This document shows, piece by piece, positions 58,137 to 64,000 of a stretch of 64,000 bases of DNA. Below the pieces are notes generated by a model, which had not been told where the DNA came from, searched no databases, and saw only the letters and a list, made by a program, of their open reading frames with translations. The stretch is from Octopus vulgaris. Its lineage: Eukaryota. Each line of letters opens with the position of its first letter. Position 1 is the first letter of the stretch. The stretch lies in NCBI GenBank assembly GCA_951406725.2, contig OX597838.1:38998001-39062000 (forward strand), given 5' to 3'. The position numbers were made by a program, and so were the translations under genes.

Positions 58137-58652
58137 GAAAGAAAATAATAAAATACACTTGTATCACAATTCACTTTTTGAACATAACACTTCTTTACAA
58201 AAATATCCGCATTTATAGTTTTTTCACAGTTTCAGACCCGCATTTTTTCGCTGATTTTCGCTAACACGCTGACACTTCGGCACAGCCCCAACAGTCTCAC
58301 GGTTTTATATAAGCATAGTTGTGTGAAATAATTGTGTGACAGACAAAACAGTTTAGCAGAAAGAGTGTTAGACACAATAAAACAAAATATAATATGATAC
58401 AATATAATATAATATATAATATATAATATAATATAATATATATAAACGAAAAGAAAAATGGAAAAAGAAACAGTTCTACAGTGTTTGATAACTAGCTTTT
58501 ATTTTCTACTGTATTGCATCATATTTTTAGTAGACATGGTTTCACACGATTTACATAATATGTATATTTGTGTTTCACGGCCATTTTTTTCCCCTGTGGT
58601 TCTCTTTTATTCTTATTTTATTCTACTGGACTCACATAGCCATTCGAGGTTT

Positions 58653-58825
58653 AGGCGCAGGAGTGGCTGTGTGGTAAGTTGCTTGTCTACCAACCACATG
58701 GTTCCGGGTTCAGTCCCACTGCGTGGCACCTTGGGCAAGTGTCTTCTACTATAGCCTCGGGCCGACCAAAGCCTTTTGAGTGGATTTGGTAGACGGAAAC
58801 TGAAAAGAAGCCCGTCGTATATATG

Positions 58826-58873
<48 letters not shown>

Positions 58874-59055
58874 TGTGTCTGTGTTTGTCCCTCTAGCATT
58901 GCTTGACAACCGATGCTAGTGAGTTTATGTCCCCGTTACTTAGCGGTTCAGCAAAAAGAGACCGATAGAATAAGTACTGGGCTTACAAAAAGAATAAGTT
59001 CCGGGGTCGAGTTGCTCGATTAAAAAGGCGGTGGTCCAGCATGGCCGCAGTCAAA
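58653..59055 (+). mobile_element. SINE family A (3' tail missing)
   Basis: Matches the other family A copies. Confidence 0.9.
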
Positions 59056-59079
59056 GAAGTATATTATTACAATTGTATA

Positions 59080-59760
59080 CTGCTTTGAAATTTTGGCACA
59101 AGGCTACCCGTTCCGGGGGAGGGATTAAGACGATCACGTCGATCTTAGTGTTTAATTGGTATTGATTTTATCGGAAGGATGAAAGGCGAAAGCGACAGCA
59201 TGGAATTTGAAATCAGAACATAACGACGGACGAAATGCCGCTAAGTATTAAGAATTATGTCGAAGCCACTCAGCACAGACCACTCTGCCGGTATTAGAGA
59301 TGTTGGTAGTTCGATTCTCCATAACCACATGCTGGCAAACTTTTGAAAGGCGGCGAACTGGTAGAATCGTTAGGACGCCGGATAAAATGCTTAGCGTCAT
59401 TTCGTCCGTCTTTACGTTCTGATTTCAAATTCCGCCCTGGTCGACTTTAATTTTTCATCCTTCGGGGTCGATAAAATAGGTACCAGTTGAGCGCTGGGAT
59501 CGATGTCATCGACTAACCCCAATCCCCAAAATTTCATGCCTTTGTGCCTATAATAGAAAGGATTATTATTACTATTAACGTTAAAGCGGCGAGCTGGCAG
59601 AATCACTGGCAAAATACAGGCAACATGCTTGGTGTTGTTCCGTTTGTCTTTACGTTCTGATTTTAAATTTTGCCGATATCGATTTTGCTTTTCATCCTTC
59701 CGTGGTCGATAAACTAAGTAGCGGCTGAGTAATCGACTTTCCCCCAATGCAAACATCGGC
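59080..59760. mobile_element. Cluster of three SINE family B copies (- 59080-59250, + 59347-59570, + 59583-59760)
   Basis: Family B motifs. Confidence 0.78.
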
Positions 59761-61106
59761 AAGTGTAAGTTATGCCTAAACAAATCATTAACCATTCTTT
59801 ACCTTCACAACTCCTCATTACTTAATAGATTCTCTGATGTGATTTATTCTCGTAAACACAAGTACTACTCATCTGTCACTCACTTTGCTAAATCTATGTA
59901 TTACTATAACTTTAAGTATCTCTACCCAAAATAACCTTAAACTAAGACAAAGTCAGCCTAGCAACCTACTATATAAAAATACTACCCACCTATTCTCTTT
60001 CTCACACACATTTCCAATTTCTTCCAAATTCTTCAAATCCACTACTTCCCACTTCCCTCTTAGTAGCCTCATCACTCTCCCCACTTTCAGAAAGTACTTA
60101 ACACCACTCTCTCTTTTGAAAACGAACTAATCTACTTCTACCCTTTCCCTATTCGCATCCCTCTAATCAATTTCATACACCCATAGCTGCATATGTGCGC
60201 CTGTGTTTGTATATATTAATATAAACACACATAGAGAGAGAGATACATACATACATACACACACACATATATACATGCATACATACATACATACATACAT
60301 ACATACATACATACATACATACATACATACATAGTTCGATGGCTGGATGGATAAGCAGATGTTTTTAAAAACACAGCAGCAAAACAACGAAGATTATGAT
60401 GTTGGGCAGAGACATACAAACAAAAAACTATACATAAAGTTTGATTTGGAACGCATGTGGTAGGGAAGTTGATTTTTAAGGCACAAAATTTGTAATATAC
60501 ATAGCTTTACGCTATTTAAATTACTATGCAAATATTTAATGCGAGGGGTATTTCAAAATTTAATTAGAAATAAGTGTTGAAAGGTTAAAAATATATATAT
60601 ATATATAACAAAAGCTAACACTCCTTTCGTTTTCTTTTTTTTCTGGTAACAACAGGAGACAACTCTTGATGTTTCGATATTATTCTGACTTCATCAGCAA
60701 AACATGTACTTTCTAAAATACAGATGAAATTTTACTCAATAAATACACTAGATTGTACCTCTGTTGACATGTTAGAATGGAATTGTTTATAGAGTAGCCC
60801 ACGCAGACACTTAATCTGCATGCAAATATAATAGTTAAGTTAATGTTAATGTTATCGTTTCTTATCCAATTTTATGGCTTCATCAGTGGAGCATAGCTTG
60901 AGTTATTTATTCATAAGATTAGCGCTGAGTATGAGTGATAATCTTATTGACTCAGACAACTAGGATGTGTTTCTTGAATACTAATAACATAAAATCTTGT
61001 CGCTTTGTTTGTTGACGGAGAACTAAGAAGAAACAATTATACGCCGCAAGATAGCAAAACACCCGATATTGTTTAAAACTTCGTTTTTACTTCTAGTATT
61101 TTATTA

Positions 61107-62835
61107 AGGGGACGAGTGGGTAGAACCGTCAGCGCATCGGGGTATATGTCTGATGGTATTTCTTCCAGCTTTTTATTACCTGGGGTCAAATTAGGCCGAG
61201 GTTGACTTGGCCTTTCTTCCTTTCGAGGTTAATAAAAATACACACCACTTGATCACTAGGATCGCTGTAATCAATCAATCTGTCACTCTAAAACAGCCGG
61301 CCTTGTTGTCAAAATTGGAAACAATTATTTTCGTATTTTCTACAACTAGGCGTTGGAGTGGCCGTGTGATAAGTAGCTTGCTTACAAACCACATGGTTCT
61401 GGGTTCAGTCCCACTGCGTGGCACCTTGGGCAAGTGTCTTCTACTATAGCCTCGGGCCGACCAAAGCCTTGTGAGTGGATTTGGTAGACGGAAACTGAAA
61501 GAAGCCCCTCGTATATGTATGTGTGTGTGTGTTTGTGTGTGTCTGTTTCCCCCCAACATCGCTTGACAACCGATGGTGGTATGTTTACGTCCCCGTTACT
61601 TATCGGTTCGGCAAGAGAACCGATAGAATAAATACTAGGCATCCAAAGAATAAGTCCTGGGGTCGATTTGCTCGATCGACTAAAGGCGGTGCTCCAGCAT
61701 GGCCACAGTCACATGACTGAAACCAGTAAAAGAGTAAAGAGAGTAAGTAGATGCAGACATGGCTGTGTAGTTAAGCGGCTCAATTTGCATTCCAATTGTT
61801 AAAGGTTCGATCCCACTACGTGACGCTTTGAGCAAGTATCTTCTATTGTAATCCCGGGTCGACCATTGGCTCCAGGAAAACTGGGTGGAAACCTGTAATG
61901 TGGGCATTATCCGTTACTTCTTCATCTCATTAGACTGCGGCCATGCTTCAGCACTACCTTCAAGGCTCTTTATTCAAATTAATCGACCCTCAGTGCTTAT
62001 TGTTTTTTTTAAGCCTGGTATTTGTTTTATGATCTCTTTTGCCGAAACGCAATGAAGCATAAACAATCAACATCGGTTTTCAAGCGGTAGTGGAGGACAG
62101 GCACAAACACAAAAGCACACGCATGGATATTTAAATACGACGGGCTTCTTCCAGTTTCCGTCAACGAAATCCACTCACAAGGCTTTGGTCGATCCGAGGC
62201 TACCAAAGAAGACTCTTGCCCAAGATGCCTTGCAATGGGACTGATCTTTGAACAATGTGATTAAGAAGCAAGCTTTTTACTGCACATCCACGGACGGGTT
62301 GGGTTTTTTTTGTCTCTACCACCTGACAATCGGTGTTGGCTTCTTTATGTCAGTTCAGAAAAACAGACCGATAAAACAGTACCAGACTAACACAAAAAGC
62401 AAATTTTGGAGTGGGGGGGGTGTATTTTTTTTTTTTTTGTAAGGCGGTGAGCTGGCAGAAACGTTAGCACGCCGAGCGAAATACTTAGTGGTATTTCGTC
62501 TGCCGTTACGTTCTGAGTTCAAATTCTGCCGGGGTTGATTTTGCCGTTCATCCTTTCGGGGTCGATTAAATAAGTACCAGTTACGCACTGGGGTCGAAAC
62601 AATCAACTTAATCCACGTTTGTCTGTCCTTGTTTGTCCCCTCAGTGTGTAGCCCCTTGTGGGTAGTAAAGAAAAAAGAAGCAAGAAATAAGAAGCAAGCT
62701 TCTTACTGTACAGCCACGGACGGGTTGCTTCTTTTTGTCTCTACAACAAGACAACCGGTGTTGGCTTCTTTATGACAGTTCAGAAAAACAAACCTATAAA
62801 ACAGTACCAGACTTAAACAAAAAGCAAATTTTGGG
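61107..62835. mobile_element. SINE cluster: decayed B 61107-61330, A (+) 61349-61745, A-like head 61755-61870, old A (-) 61925-62290, B (+) 62441-62672, duplicated A-like 3' piece 62289-62410 / 62716-62833
   Basis: Family motifs and a direct repeat. Confidence 0.8.
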
Positions 62836-63435
62836 GTTAGTTTGCTTGACCACAACATGGACACAGTCCTCTTACCGAAACAAATAAAAGATTTAAAAGA
62901 TTTTTTTAAAACATGAAGTAGGAAGACAACTCTGGGCATTTTTCGAGCTTATTATGGTTTCGTCAGCGAAGCATAGCTTGAGTTATTTATTCATAAGATT
63001 ATCTGAGCCTGAGTAATAATCTTATTGGCTCAGACAGCTATAGATATGTTTCTAGAATACTAATAACATGAAATCATAGCATTTTGTCGCGTTGTTTGTT
63101 GAAAGAGAAATAATAGATAGTTTGGCTTTAATTCAATGATTTGTTGGTTGACAAATATGTTTTCCTTTGTCATCACATGATCCAGCCTTATGGGCACTAG
63201 TTATGTTGGTAGAATTATTGTAAATTAAATATAAACGAAAATAAACAATCGCCTATATGAAAAAAATTATGTATGTATGAATATATATCTGTATGTGTGT
63301 GTTTGTTTTTATGTATGTATGTTTGTATGCATATATGTATGTATACGGATATGCCCCTTAGGTTGTCGCAAAAATCTATGAGCTGAAACATAAACAGATA
63401 CATACTGTTGATATATATCTGTAAACGTATGTAAA

Positions 63436-63498
<63 letters not shown>

Positions 63499-63584
63499 CA
63501 GTGTATGTGTGTATGCACACACAAACATATACATATGACGGTAAGCGTGTATGTGAGCACGCTTCTATATTGTGTGTTTCGGTA

Positions 63585-63618
<34 letters not shown>

Positions 63619-63639
63619 CATACACACACACACATACAT

Positions 63640-63688
<49 letters not shown>

Positions 63689-63692
<4 letters not shown>

Positions 63693-63765
63693 GTGAGAGA
63701 CTGTAAAAAAGGGAGCAGGAAATACACCGGGGCTCACGTATATATGTAATAATAACCGATATATA

Positions 63766-63808
<43 letters not shown>

Positions 63809-63834
63809 CACATATATATATATACATATAAATA

Positions 63835-63883
<49 letters not shown>

Positions 63884-63957
63884 ATACATAGTGAGAGACT
63901 GTAAAAAAGGGAGCTGGAAATACACAGGGGCTCACGTATATATGTAATAATAACCGA
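63689..63957 (+). repeat. 71-bp direct repeat separated by TA-rich microsatellite (63689-63759 / 63887-63957)
   Basis: catagtgagagactgtaaaaaagggagc.ggaaatacac.ggggctcacgtatatatgtaataataaccga occurs twice. Confidence 0.9.
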
Positions 63958-64000
63958 GTGAACTTATATGTGTGTGTGTGTATAAATATATATAAGTGGA

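Overview
Eukaryotic, AT-rich, repeat-dominated non-coding DNA. It is most likely cephalopod (Octopus-like), inferred from the very high microsatellite density and the recurring tRNA-headed SINE families. I cannot support any intact host gene; nearly all long ORFs in the track are microsatellite artefacts. The window holds a Penelope-like element (PLE) fragment with a GIY-YIG endonuclease, decayed mariner and maT-like transposases, CR1, RTE and Tx1/L1-type LINE fragments, several non-autonomous Helitron/Helentron elements, and about 30 SINE copies from at least three families. The main observation, read by eye, is a dense set of minimal type I hammerhead ribozyme (HHR) motifs: about 11 well-formed copies from about 7 different sequence families, plus several decayed ones. 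They have very short palindromic stems III and include non-canonical cores, notably a G3-C8 compensatory swap. Most sit in short non-coding units next to (TA)n tracts, and many lie in inverted/palindromic structures. This suggests a diverse set of non-autonomous, ribozyme-bearing mini-Penelope elements that target TA microsatellites. Several larger fold-back duplications (0.7-2.5 kb) are also present, and at least one may be an assembly artefact. All ribozyme folds were done manually and none is experimentally tested.
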